Shown piece after piece: positions 27,234 to 37,124 of a DNA stretch of 64,000 nt (within the stretch, counting starts at the first letter, position 1; each line of letters starts with the position of its first letter). A model generated the notes under the pieces. That model had not been told where the DNA came from and did not search any database. It saw only the letters and a list, made by a program, of their open reading frames with translations. The position numbers and the translations under genes are program-made. Origin of the DNA: Acidimicrobiia bacterium (GTDB lineage Bacteria; Actinomycetota; Acidimicrobiia; Spongiisociales; ZC4RG35); the NCBI GenBank assembly GCA_965215185.1, contig OZ244034.1:2432001-2496000 (forward strand). Direction: 5' to 3'.

Positions 27234-28997
27234 TCACATCCGCTGCGGAACCTCGATTCCCAATAGGTCCAAGAGCATCGCCAATACCTGCCCTGTGTGG
27301 CAAGCCAAGGTGAGCCAGGAGCCGCGCCGATCCGGGTCGGGCTCGCTGAGGATGTGACACTGGTCGTAGAAGCGGGTGAAGTCGGCCGCCACCCGGTAGG
27401 AGTATTCCGTCAGGTGATGAGGGGCGCGTTCGGAAGCCGCCCTGCTGATGGCCTCGGGCAAGAGGGTCAAGGTGATCATCAACTCCCGCTCGGCAGGCGC
27501 CGATGGCGGGGCGAGCGGACCATGCTCCATGTTCTGAGTGGCGGCTCTCGCCAGGACTGACCTGATCCGCACCACTCCATATTGCAGGTAGGGACCGGTC
27601 TTGCCGGAGAAAGAGACGAACCGGTCCGGGTCGAACACATAGTTGGAAACACGATTTGTGGATAAGTCCCCAAACTTGAGGGCAGCCAGCCCTACCGCCT
27701 CGGCTATCGCTTTTCGTTCTGCGACCGGATAGGCCTTGGCGAGATCGTTCTCCTCCAAGCGTAAGCGAGCCGCCTCTGTCACCGTCTCTATCAACTCCTG
27801 CAAGCGGACCACTCCGCCTTCCCGGGTGCGAAACGGTCGACCATCAGGACCGTTCATGGTGCCAAACCCGATGTGTTCCAGACCCACCCCGGACGGGACC
27901 AGTCCGGTGAGCCGCGCCGCCCGGAACACCCCTCGGAAGTGATCAGCCTGTCGGGAGTCCACCACGTAGAGGATTAGGTCGGCCTTCAAATCGTCCACCC
28001 GCATCTCGATGGTGGCCAGGTCGGTGGTGGCATAAAGGACCGCTCCGTCCGATTTGCGCAGGATCAGGGGAGGCAAAGGGGCTCCGTCGGAGGGCGTGGC
28101 GACTTCCACCACAGTGGCTCCTTCGCTCTGCATGACCAGCCCGCTCTTTTCCATTTTCCTGATCATCTCATTGATCCGATCGGCGACGGCGCTCTCTCCG
28201 TACCAAAGATCGAACTCCACTCCCAGCCGGGCAAAGTCGGCCCGCTGACTTTCCATGGAGACCCGCACCATCTGCGCCCACAAAGCGCGATACCCCGCTC
28301 GTCCCTCTTGCAACTCCAAGGTGGCGCGACGGGCCTCCTCCGCCCTCTTCGGGTCGGCTGCACAGGAGGCTGCGATCCGCGGATAAAGCTCAGACAGCTC
28401 GGCCAGGGTCACCGGAGCTGCGGCCGGATAGACCTGAGCCCCCGGCTGGAAATAGGCCAGTTCAGGAAACTTCTCCCGCACTCCAATAATCAGCATCCCC
28501 ATCTGGGTTCCCCAGTCTCCAAAGTGTGGATCGCGCGTCACCCGGTGCCCGATCGCGGTGAAGGTCCGGGCCAAGGAGTCCCCGATAATCGTGGAGCGCA
28601 GATGTCCCACATGCATGGGTTTGGCGACATTCGGACCCCCGTAGTCCACCAAGATGTGCAGGGGAGCATCGGTGCGGGGCACTCCCAGATGTGGATCGCC
28701 GGCCATGCCAGCCACCCACTCGGCCAGGAAGTGGTCGGAGAGTTTCACATTCACAAACCCTGGTCCCGCCAGGGAGACCTCCAGCAGTTCCTCGTGTTGA
28801 CCCGCCAGTTCCGCCACCCGGGCCGCCAATAGGCGAGCGGGTTGTTTGGCTGACCGGGCAGCAGCCAAGGCCCCGTTGCACTGAAAATCCCCAAATTCGG
28901 GACGCTGCGATGGAAAGACCTTGCCGAAATCCCCATCGAGGCCCAATTTTTCGAAAACCGAACCGAAAACTGTTCCCAGGTGGGAAATCAACGACAT
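27234..28997 (-). CDS. argS: Arginine--tRNA ligase
   Basis: PNVAKPMHVGHLRS, GDWGTQMG, YATTDLA, GPYLQY, C-terminal PQRM. Confidence 0.97.
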   Translation of the reverse strand: MSLISHLGTVFGSVFEKLGLDGDFGKVFPSQRPEFGDFQCNGALAAARSAKQPARLLAARVAELAGQHEELLEVSLAGPGFVNVKLSDHFLAEWVAGMAGDPHLGVPRTDAPLHILVDYGGPNVAKPMHVGHLRSTIIGDSLARTFTAIGHRVTRDPHFGDWGTQMGMLIIGVREKFPELAYFQPGAQVYPAAAPVTLAELSELYPRIAASCAADPKRAEEARRATLELQEGRAGYRALWAQMVRVSMESQRADFARLGVEFDLWYGESAVADRINEMIRKMEKSGLVMQSEGATVVEVATPSDGAPLPPLILRKSDGAVLYATTDLATIEMRVDDLKADLILYVVDSRQADHFRGVFRAARLTGLVPSGVGLEHIGFGTMNGPDGRPFRTREGGVVRLQELIETVTEAARLRLEENDLAKAYPVAERKAIAEAVGLAALKFGDLSTNRVSNYVFDPDRFVSFSGKTGPYLQYGVVRIRSVLARAATQNMEHGPLAPPSAPAERELMITLTLLPEAISRAASERAPHHLTEYSYRVAADFTRFYDQCHILSEPDPDRRGSWLTLACHTGQVLAMLLDLLGIEVPQRM

Positions 28998-29081
28998 CCA
29001 ACCGTCCCTTCCATCAAGGAAAGAATCCTACAAAGGGCTGGAGTTCCACATAGTTTTGGTGAACTTGCCATCATTGGCGGC

Positions 29082-30584
29082 ATGCAGGTAGCAGATTATC
29101 AACAGCACGACGCGGTTGGTATCGCGGAACTCATCGCCCGTCGGCAGCTGTCGGCGAAGGAGGCTCTGGAAGCGGCCATCTGTCAGGTAGAACGCCTTAA
29201 CCCGGCCCTCAACGCCGTTATCCACACCACTTACGACCGGGCTTTTCAGGCGGCGGAAGCGGAGCTTCCCCGCACTCCGTTGGCGGGAGTTCCCTTTCTA
29301 CTCAAAGACCTCGGCCAGTTCTGGGAGGGGGTACCCACTTCCTCCGGCTCGCGGGCGTTCCTAGGCTTCATTGCCCCCTTCACCTCCACTCTCACCTCTC
29401 GCTATCTAGCCGGGGGTCTGATCATTCTCGGGAAAACCTCTACCCCTGAGTTCGGGATGGCGTCGGTAACCGAGCCTGCTGTGCATGGCGTCACCAATAA
29501 TCCGTGGGATCCGCAGATAACTGCGGGCGGTTCGTCGGGAGGATCCGCCTCAGCAGTGGCGGCAGGAGTAGTGCCAGCAGCCCACGCCAGCGACGGAGGC
29601 GGGTCGATACGCATACCGGGCTCCGCCTGTGGCCTGGTCGGCCTGAAACCCACCAGAGGAAGAAACCCGGTGGGCCCCATTGTTGGTGAGGGGTGGTACG
29701 GCTTGGCCGCCTCTCATGTGGTTTCCCGGACAGTAAGGGACTCGGCGGCTTTTCTGGATCTCAGCCATGGGCCCGAACCGGGGGATCCTTATGCGGCGCC
29801 ACCGCCTCAAAGCACTTACCTGGAAGCCTTGAGCGCCCCACCTCGTCCAATGCGCATCGGCGTGGTGGAGGGGGCGGTGACGGGAGACGTGCCCATAGCT
29901 TCCGAGTGCCGGAAGGCGGTGGACCGAACCGCCTCTCTTCTAGAGGATTTGGGTCATGAAGTCGAGCCGGTCTCGACCGGCATAAGCTCCGGGCCGGGAA
30001 GAAGGGCGATGTTGACCCTGGCGTCGGTGGATACTGCCTGGATGGTCGAGACATTCGGTATCGACCAAACCTTGATAGAGCCTGCTAACCAAGTGGCGAT
30101 ACGGGCTGGGAAGACCATTTCAGCCACTGAGTTCGCCGCCAACCTCTTTTTGGTGCGCAGCTACGGACGGCAATTGGGCCAACTCATGGAAAGTCACGAT
30201 GTGCTGGTTACCTCCACCCTGGCCACCCCGCCATGGCCTCATCTGATTCTCCAACCTGGAGCCAAACAAAACGAGCGGATTTCGGCCCTGCTGGAGGGGG
30301 ACTCCTCCGAGGACCCCTTCGAATTGATGGAGGAGTTGGCGGTCAAGAACATGGATCGGATCCCCAACACCTGGCTGTTCAATATAACCGGGCAGCCGGC
30401 CATGACTCTTCCTCTTCATCAAACAGCGTCCGGGCACCCGGTTGGAGTGCAGTTGGTTGGCCGCTTCGGTAAGGAGGACGATCTGTTCAACCTGGCCGGC
30501 CAACTGGAAGAGGCCCGACCTTGGGGTTTTCCATTCAGCGACCCGCTCCATACTCAGTGGGCCGGAGTATCTCCCTCTGGGTAG
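29082..30584 (+). CDS. Amidase signature family enzyme
   Basis: LKDL, GGSSGGSA, SDGGGSIRIP..CGLVGLKPTRG. Confidence 0.93.
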   Translation: MQVADYQQHDAVGIAELIARRQLSAKEALEAAICQVERLNPALNAVIHTTYDRAFQAAEAELPRTPLAGVPFLLKDLGQFWEGVPTSSGSRAFLGFIAPFTSTLTSRYLAGGLIILGKTSTPEFGMASVTEPAVHGVTNNPWDPQITAGGSSGGSASAVAAGVVPAAHASDGGGSIRIPGSACGLVGLKPTRGRNPVGPIVGEGWYGLAASHVVSRTVRDSAAFLDLSHGPEPGDPYAAPPPQSTYLEALSAPPRPMRIGVVEGAVTGDVPIASECRKAVDRTASLLEDLGHEVEPVSTGISSGPGRRAMLTLASVDTAWMVETFGIDQTLIEPANQVAIRAGKTISATEFAANLFLVRSYGRQLGQLMESHDVLVTSTLATPPWPHLILQPGAKQNERISALLEGDSSEDPFELMEELAVKNMDRIPNTWLFNITGQPAMTLPLHQTASGHPVGVQLVGRFGKEDDLFNLAGQLEEARPWGFPFSDPLHTQWAGVSPSG

Positions 30585-30595
30585 TCTTATAGGTT

Positions 30596-31456
30596 GTGTC
30601 GCAAGTCAACTGGCGAAACTACAGGCCACTGGGGCCGCCCACCGCCTTACTCGCCTACCGGGGCTGGGGAGATGCAGGGGAAGCTTCCAGCCGGGCCGTG
30701 GCGCATGTGCTCTCCGTCTATCCCTCGGTGTTGCTGCAAGAGATAGATGCCGAGGAGTATTTTGATTTCCAGGTGCTCCGCCCGGAGATCCACTTTGAGG
30801 AGGGCGGAGCAACGTCACTCACTTGGCCAAGCACCAAGGTGTACCTGACCACACCGCCCGCCGAAAGCCCGCTCTTGGTGATAACCGGTGATGAGCCGCA
30901 TTCCCGATGGAAGTCGTACTCCCGCCAGGTATTGGATCTGTGCCGGGCCGCGGGCGTGGAGAGGGTGCTGACTCTGGGCGCCTTCATGGGCCAAATCTCT
31001 CATACCTTTCCGGTACCAATGGTGGGTAGGGCCGCATCTGCAGACCAACTCGACCTCCACGGGCTGTTCGGCACGGACTACCAGGGTCCCACTGGAATCG
31101 TGGGAGTGCTGCACCAAGCCTTCACGCAGGAGGGATGGGATGCTGTGACTCTTTGGGCGGCCGTGCCCCATTACTTGTCCACCCAGGATTACCCCCCTGC
31201 CTGTCTGGCGCTGGTTGAGAAGGCTTCTCAAGTCCTCCAGATGGATCTTGATCCCTCCCCCTTGGAGGTGGAGGTGGCCAGATTCCGTGAAAAACTGGAC
31301 GCGGTGATCGCCGAATCCGAAGATCTCGCCGGGTACATCAAGCACTTGGAGGAGGAGGTAGCCAAAGAAGCCGATCTCCACCCCGAAAGCTTGGAGGACG
31401 CCCGGGATCAAATGATCTCTGACATTGAGGACTTTTTGCGCAGCCCCGACAACTAG
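30596..31456 (+). CDS. PAC2 family (proteasome assembly chaperone-like) protein
   Basis: GWGDAGEA, EEYFDFQ..RP, GDEP..RW, YQGPTGI, WAAVPHY. Confidence 0.9.
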   Translation: MSQVNWRNYRPLGPPTALLAYRGWGDAGEASSRAVAHVLSVYPSVLLQEIDAEEYFDFQVLRPEIHFEEGGATSLTWPSTKVYLTTPPAESPLLVITGDEPHSRWKSYSRQVLDLCRAAGVERVLTLGAFMGQISHTFPVPMVGRAASADQLDLHGLFGTDYQGPTGIVGVLHQAFTQEGWDAVTLWAAVPHYLSTQDYPPACLALVEKASQVLQMDLDPSPLEVEVARFREKLDAVIAESEDLAGYIKHLEEEVAKEADLHPESLEDARDQMISDIEDFLRSPDN

Positions 31457-31607
31457 CGATTCTCACGGCTTCTGGCGCCGGCAGGGGATACGATACCCGA
31501 CGCCTCCCCACGAAGGTTTTGGCAACCGCCGCTTGCAGGCAGCCTGAAGCCAACCGCAGGACCGCCCATCACCCACCTCAGCCAGGTTCCATCCCTCTAC
31601 CGCCCCT

Positions 31608-33173
31608 CTACCGCCGCCCTTGGACGAAGAGCCCGGCGTTATCGGAGCGAAGAGCGGTCTTTTGTACCTTTCCCATGGCATTGCGAGGCAGGCTTTCTGT
31701 TACCAGAATCCTCTTGGGGATCTTGTACCCCGCCAGTTGAGAGGACAGCGAATGACGAAGGCGCGCCGGGGAAGGTTCGCCTTCGCCGCCCCAAACCACA
31801 GTGGCCACCACAGCCTCGCCGAAGTCGGGGTGGGGCGTTCCGAATACCGCCGATTCCACTACCCCCGGCAGAGCATTCAGCGCCGACTCGACCTGCAAGG
31901 GATAAACGTTCAGGCCGCCGGTGATGATCACATCCTTGGATCTGCCCACCAGGGTCACCCGGCCCCGCTCATCAAGAACCGCCAGATCGCCGGTGGCCAC
32001 CCAGCCGTCCCGATTCACCACCCGGGCCGTTTCGGCAGGCCAGTTCAGGTATCCGGAGAACGCTCCAGGGCTGCGAGCCCAAAGCTCCCCTATTACATCG
32101 GCCGATACCCGCGCACCTGTCTGGTTCACCACCTTGATCTCGACTCCCTCCAGAGCAAACCCCACCGATCCGGGAAGCCTTTCCCCGTGACAGGGGTTCG
32201 ACGTGATGATCCCCACTTCGGTCATTCCATAGCGCTCCACTATCCGGTGTCCGCAGCGCTCATAGAACTGCGTCCAAACTTGGGGGAGGAGAGGCGCTGA
32301 TCCGCAGGTAAAGAGCCTCATCCTCGCCGCTGCCTGGTGGGACAACGCCGGATGGGCCAACAGGCGGGTGTAATAGGTGGGCACTCCCATGAACACCGTG
32401 GCCCTATCCCAAAGCCGTATTGCCTCGGCCGGATCGAACGTGGACATAAAGAGGATCGAAGATCCGCTGAGCAGGGCGCAGTGGAGCGCCACCAACAATC
32501 CGTGGGTATGAAACAGCGGCAGAGCGTGGACTAGGACATCCGCTGATCGAAAGTCCCAGACCCGGCGCAAAGCCAACGCATTGGCGGCCAGCGCGCGGTG
32601 GCTGAGCACCGCTCCACGGGGCTGGCCCGTGGTGCCGGAGGTGTAAAGTATCACCGCCGGGTCGCTGCCGGTCGGTTGAAACTGCCAGGTAGGGTCACCC
32701 CTTTGAGCGGGTGCTTCCAGCAGGGCGATTGCTCCATCAGCCTGCAGGGCAGCCACCTGCGCCAACCCGGCCTCCGCCAATTCCACCACCCGGGAAGAAT
32801 CGCAGACCACCAGCCGCGGAGAGCAGTCCTCTATCAATCCATCCAATTCCCCCCGGGTGTAACCGGGATTGGCGGGAACGTAGACCGCACCGTAGCTCAG
32901 GCAGGCCAGGTAAAGGACGACATTGGCCGGTGACTTGCCGACGTAGGCCAATACTCGATCCCCCGGCGCCACCCCACAGGCAGCCAACTGCGTCCGGCAG
33001 GCATGCACCTTGGCATCCAGTTCCCCGTAACTCAACGAACCGCCCTCCCCCGTCTCCAGGGCAACCTTGGTGGGGTGGCGAAGCATCACCTCGCGCAACA
33101 AGCCATAAAGCCCACCGGGGAGAGTGGGCGGATCATCCGCCCAACGGGCAAGATCCCATGTTCGAGGCATCAA
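31608..33173 (-). CDS. Acyl-CoA synthetase, malonate--CoA ligase (MatB)-like
   Basis: YTSGTTGQPRG, HALPLFHTHGL, FMGVPTYYTRL, ERYGMTE, PRNAMGKVQK. Confidence 0.85.
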   Translation of the reverse strand: MMPRTWDLARWADDPPTLPGGLYGLLREVMLRHPTKVALETGEGGSLSYGELDAKVHACRTQLAACGVAPGDRVLAYVGKSPANVVLYLACLSYGAVYVPANPGYTRGELDGLIEDCSPRLVVCDSSRVVELAEAGLAQVAALQADGAIALLEAPAQRGDPTWQFQPTGSDPAVILYTSGTTGQPRGAVLSHRALAANALALRRVWDFRSADVLVHALPLFHTHGLLVALHCALLSGSSILFMSTFDPAEAIRLWDRATVFMGVPTYYTRLLAHPALSHQAAARMRLFTCGSAPLLPQVWTQFYERCGHRIVERYGMTEVGIITSNPCHGERLPGSVGFALEGVEIKVVNQTGARVSADVIGELWARSPGAFSGYLNWPAETARVVNRDGWVATGDLAVLDERGRVTLVGRSKDVIITGGLNVYPLQVESALNALPGVVESAVFGTPHPDFGEAVVATVVWGGEGEPSPARLRHSLSSQLAGYKIPKRILVTESLPRNAMGKVQKTALRSDNAGLFVQGRR

Positions 33174-33189
33174 ACTCGCCTCGAACCCG

Positions 33190-33262
33190 TGGCCAGGGGC
33201 AGAATCGAACTGCCGACCCTCGGTTTTTCAGACCGATACTCTGCCAACTGAGCTACCTGGCC
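33190..33262 (-). tRNA. tRNA-Phe(GAA), CCA not encoded
   Basis: Reverse complement GGCCAGGTAGCTCAGTTGG...TCGGT-CTGAAAA-ACCGA...GTTCGATTC...CCTGGCCA. Confidence 0.95.
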
Positions 33263-33273
33263 TCTCGAACCCG

Positions 33274-33351
33274 TGGCGGGGACGACGGGATTTGAACCCG
33301 CGACCTCTGGCTTGACAGGCCAGCGAACACTCCAGACTGTTCTACGCCCCC
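33274..33351 (-). tRNA. tRNA-Asp(GTC)
   Basis: Reverse complement GGGGGCG...CTGGC-CTGTCAA-GCCAG...GGTTCAAATCC-CGTCGTCCCCG-CCA. Confidence 0.95.
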
Positions 33352-33473
33352 ATTTGAGCAGAACGGGTATCGACCGAGAAGCCGAATCCCTGCGATGCCA
33401 GTATATCTATTCCTTCCAGCACCCAAGCCGGGTTTGGACATCTTGAGGATGCAGGTGCGGGCGTTTGTCCTCG

Positions 33474-34496
33474 TCAGTCCAGGGAGAGGGCAACCTTCCC
33501 CATCTGGCGTCCCGAGTCCAGTCTCGCCATCGCGGCGGGCAGTTCCTCGAAAGCAAATACGTGGTCCACAGGAGGCGCCGTGGCCCTGCCCGAGGCGATC
33601 AAATCGATCAAGTCTTGATATTCGGCAGGGGTGTACATAGTGGAGCCGATGATCTCCAACTGCCTGAAAAACAGCGCCGGGATGACGATCTGCGCCTTGG
33701 CGCCGCTAGTGGCGCCACACACCACCATCCGGCCTCCCGGCCGCAGCGAACGAAGCGACTGTCCCCAGGTGGCTGGACCGACATTCTCGATTACCACATC
33801 CGCCAGACCCCCGGCCGCCATTTTCAGATCCTTGGCGAATTGTCCGGTGGAATCAAAGCCCCCCTCTCCTCCGTTGGCCACCGCCCAGGCGATCTTTTCC
33901 GAATCTCGGGAGGTGACGAACACCCGGGCGCCCATAGAGACCCCCAGTAGAGCCGCGGCGCTGGAAACCCCGCCTCCCACTCCCACTACCAGCAGGGTCT
34001 CGCCCCGCATCAGTCGCCCGCGTCTCAGCATCCGGAAGGCGGTGCCGGCCGCCAAAGAGAACGACCCGGCCGTCTCCCAGGACATGCTCGCCGGTTTCGG
34101 CGCGGCGTTGGCGACGGGAATCACCACCCTTTCAGCCAGGGTCCCCTGGCTGTGTTCTCCCAAGACTCCGAAATGCCGACAATAGACCGTTTCCCCAGTG
34201 GCACAAACCTCGCATGCCCCACAGGAAAGAGACGGGTTGATGATCACCTCGTCCCCCTCGGCCAGGCCTTCCACCCCGGGCCCCACCGCGTCCACCACCC
34301 CGGCACCGTCCCCGCCGAGAATATGCGGGAGGCTGGGAGGGGCGGGAAGTCCGTGTGTCACCCAGATGTCGAGGTGGTTGAGGGCAATGATCCGTGGCTT
34401 TATCCGCACCTGCCCCTCTCCAGGTTCGGGGACAGGCACCTTGTCAAGGGAGAGGGCTTCGGGACCGGTAAGTTGATGTAAACGCCAAGCTCGCAT
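33474..34496 (-). CDS. Zinc-binding MDR family oxidoreductase
   Basis: LNHLD, ILGGDGAG, structural Zn CGACEVC..C, GVGGGVS, CGATSG, GSTM. Confidence 0.88.
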   Translation of the reverse strand: MRAWRLHQLTGPEALSLDKVPVPEPGEGQVRIKPRIIALNHLDIWVTHGLPAPPSLPHILGGDGAGVVDAVGPGVEGLAEGDEVIINPSLSCGACEVCATGETVYCRHFGVLGEHSQGTLAERVVIPVANAAPKPASMSWETAGSFSLAAGTAFRMLRRGRLMRGETLLVVGVGGGVSSAAALLGVSMGARVFVTSRDSEKIAWAVANGGEGGFDSTGQFAKDLKMAAGGLADVVIENVGPATWGQSLRSLRPGGRMVVCGATSGAKAQIVIPALFFRQLEIIGSTMYTPAEYQDLIDLIASGRATAPPVDHVFAFEELPAAMARLDSGRQMGKVALSLD

Positions 34497-34820
34497 CTGC
34501 CTGAGGGTAATGCTTTTCCAATGAAGGACGGTGGGCCCGTTGCCCGTGATAAATCTCAATGGAAGTCAAGATAGGCGAGGGGTTTGCGAATGGCTGACCG
34601 CATTTGGTGCACCGTATTCGGGGTAACGGGCGTCGGGACTGGGTGGCGGTAGGCCCGTCGGATAGTGTATCTTCATGGGTATGAGTCGGTATAGGCATGT
34701 TCTTCTGCGGTGGCCTCGGGCTGATCGTACGCCTGGCGGGGAGGTCCGTGCATGGCCCGCTCCGATTTTCCCTCCGTTGCAGTTGATCCAGGTCGGACCC
34801 GGGGACGGGCGGGCGGTGAG

Positions 34821-36908
34821 ATGACCGCCGGGACCGCGGTGGCCGGACACGGACCCCCATGGGATGCCGTGGCCGCCGGTCCGAACCTGCTAGAAATCGA
34901 GAACCTGGCGGTGCGCTTCGAATTGCCCACCGAGACGGTCCGCGCGGTCAGCGGTGTGAGCCTCACCGTGGCTCCGAGCGAAACGTTCGCCCTGGTGGGT
35001 GAGTCCGGGTCCGGCAAAAGCGTATCAATGCTGTCCGTCATGGGTCTGCTTCCTTCACCGCCGGCGGTGGTGTCAGGGTCCATCCGGCTGGAGGGCCGGG
35101 AAGTCCTAGGGATGTCCGGACGCCAACTGAAAAGGTTCCGTGGTCGGGACGTGGCCATGGTCTTCCAAGAGCCCATGTCGTCATTGAACCCTGTCCACCG
35201 CGTCGGTCGGCAGATCGGCGAGAGCCTCCGGATACACCGCGGGGTCACCCGGGCCGAGGCGCGGCGCCAGGCCATCCAGCTCCTGGACCGGGTTGGGATA
35301 CCGTCGGCGACAACCCGGGTTGACGACTACCCGCACGAGTTCTCGGGAGGGATGCGCCAGAGGGCGATGATCGCCATGGCGTTGGCGTGTGAGCCGAAAC
35401 TGCTGATCGCCGACGAACCGACCACGGCCCTGGACGTGACCGTCCAGGCCCAGATCGTGGATCTGGTCCGAGAAGTGCAGGCCGAATACCGCTTGGCGGT
35501 GGTCTGGATTACGCATGACCTCGGGGTGGTGGCCGAGATAGCCGATCGGGTGGCGGTCATGTACGCAGGGCGGATACTTGAGACCGGACAGGCATCCGAC
35601 CTCTACCGGGCGACCCGCCACCCCTACACATCCGGATTGCTCCGCTCCATACCCCGACTGAACCGCCCTGTCACAACCCGCCTGGCAGAGATACCGGGTG
35701 CCCCCTTCCGGGTTGTCAAGGAGTTGGCGGCGTGCCCCTTCGACGACCGCTGTCCGCTAGCCGGACAGGGCTGTCAGGATGCTCTCCCGGAGTTGGACAC
35801 GGTCGGGCCTGGCGGGCACCAGTCGGCGTGTATTCACCACCACCAGATGGGGCCCGCCGCCGTGCTCTGGCCGGAAGGAGCAGCAGCGGGCAGCCAGACG
35901 CCCCTCGACCAAGCCGGGGATGTAGTCATCTCGGTCCGGGACCTGCAGGTCCATTTCCCGGTCGTCCGGGGCCTAGGCAAGTCGCGTAAGGGGGCTATTC
36001 GGGCCGTGGACGGCGTCTGCCTCGAAGTGGCCCGGGGAAAGACCTTGGGGATTGTCGGTGAGAGCGGGTGTGGGAAGACCACACTGGGTCGGGCTCTGGT
36101 AGCGCTGGTGCGGCCCACCGGAGGAACGATCGAGATTAACGGGGAGCCGATCAACCATCGCAGCGGAAGGCATCGGCGGGTGGTGCAAATGATCTTCCAG
36201 GACCCCTTCTCGGCCATGAACCCTGGGATGCGGGTAGAGGATGTCGTCGCCGAGCCCCTCCGTATTCACCGACTGGCGGACGCCGAGGCCATCCGCGACC
36301 GGGTGGTCGAACTTTTGACCCAGGTGGGTCTGCCTCCCGACTCGGGTGGGCGCTTTCCGCATGAGTTCAGTGGAGGGCAGCGGCAGCGGATCGCCGTCGC
36401 CCGCGCCCTGGCGGCCGACCCCGCGGTCGTGGTGTGCGACGAACCCGTATCGTCGCTGGACGTTTCGGTGCAGGCCCAGGTAGTGAACCTGCTGGCCGAT
36501 CTGCAGAAGCGGACCGGCATGGCGATGGTCTTCATTGCGCATGATCTGGCGGTGGTGCGCCACGTCTCACACGAAGTGGCGGTGATGTATCTCGGCGAGA
36601 TCGTGGAGAGGGCCCCGCGTGACCAGCTGTACGAAGCACCCCTGCACCCCTATACCAAGGCGCTACTCGAGGCGGTGCCGGTGCCCGACCCCGACAACCA
36701 GACATCCCGGCGAACCAGCCTGGTAGGGGACGTGCCGAGCCCGTCGGATCCCCCGTCGGGCTGCCGTTTCCACACCCGTTGCCCGGTGGCTATCGAAGGG
36801 CTGTGCTCGACCGTCAAGCCGTTGCTGGAAGAGGTGAAGCCGGGCCGATGGGTCTCATGCCATCTCGTAAGTCCGCCCGCCTTAGGAATCGTAAGTCCGC
36901 CCGGCTAG
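34821..36908 (+). CDS. Peptide/nickel ABC transporter, fused double ATPase (OppD-OppF type)
   Basis: Two Walker A motifs (GESGSGKS, GESGCGKT), two SGG signatures, two Cys-rich C-terminal domains; start 34752 or 34821. Confidence 0.93.
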   Translation: MTAGTAVAGHGPPWDAVAAGPNLLEIENLAVRFELPTETVRAVSGVSLTVAPSETFALVGESGSGKSVSMLSVMGLLPSPPAVVSGSIRLEGREVLGMSGRQLKRFRGRDVAMVFQEPMSSLNPVHRVGRQIGESLRIHRGVTRAEARRQAIQLLDRVGIPSATTRVDDYPHEFSGGMRQRAMIAMALACEPKLLIADEPTTALDVTVQAQIVDLVREVQAEYRLAVVWITHDLGVVAEIADRVAVMYAGRILETGQASDLYRATRHPYTSGLLRSIPRLNRPVTTRLAEIPGAPFRVVKELAACPFDDRCPLAGQGCQDALPELDTVGPGGHQSACIHHHQMGPAAVLWPEGAAAGSQTPLDQAGDVVISVRDLQVHFPVVRGLGKSRKGAIRAVDGVCLEVARGKTLGIVGESGCGKTTLGRALVALVRPTGGTIEINGEPINHRSGRHRRVVQMIFQDPFSAMNPGMRVEDVVAEPLRIHRLADAEAIRDRVVELLTQVGLPPDSGGRFPHEFSGGQRQRIAVARALAADPAVVVCDEPVSSLDVSVQAQVVNLLADLQKRTGMAMVFIAHDLAVVRHVSHEVAVMYLGEIVERAPRDQLYEAPLHPYTKALLEAVPVPDPDNQTSRRTSLVGDVPSPSDPPSGCRFHTRCPVAIEGLCSTVKPLLEEVKPGRWVSCHLVSPPALGIVSPPG

Positions 36909-36911
36909 GAA
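36865..36911. repeat. Imperfect tandem duplication (24/23 bp) at the ATPase 3' end
   Basis: TCGTAAGTCCGCCCGCCTTAGGAA then TCGTAAGTCCGCCCGGCTAGGAA. Confidence 0.8.
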
Positions 36912-37124
36912 GTGGGGGGCAAGTCACCGGGCGCCGGTGGTTTTTGGCCAATGACAGCCACATTCGAGCGGTTTTCGAGACCTAGACTCCCAAGATGTCG
37001 CGTCTCTGGCCGATGCCAGCGCGTCTTCTCTTGTTAAGCTGGAACCAGCTAAGGGTTTTTCGCCCCTCAGCAATCGTAATTCTCCGCTACCTATTGGCGG
37101 GGAGAAGAAAGGGAAAACAAGAAG

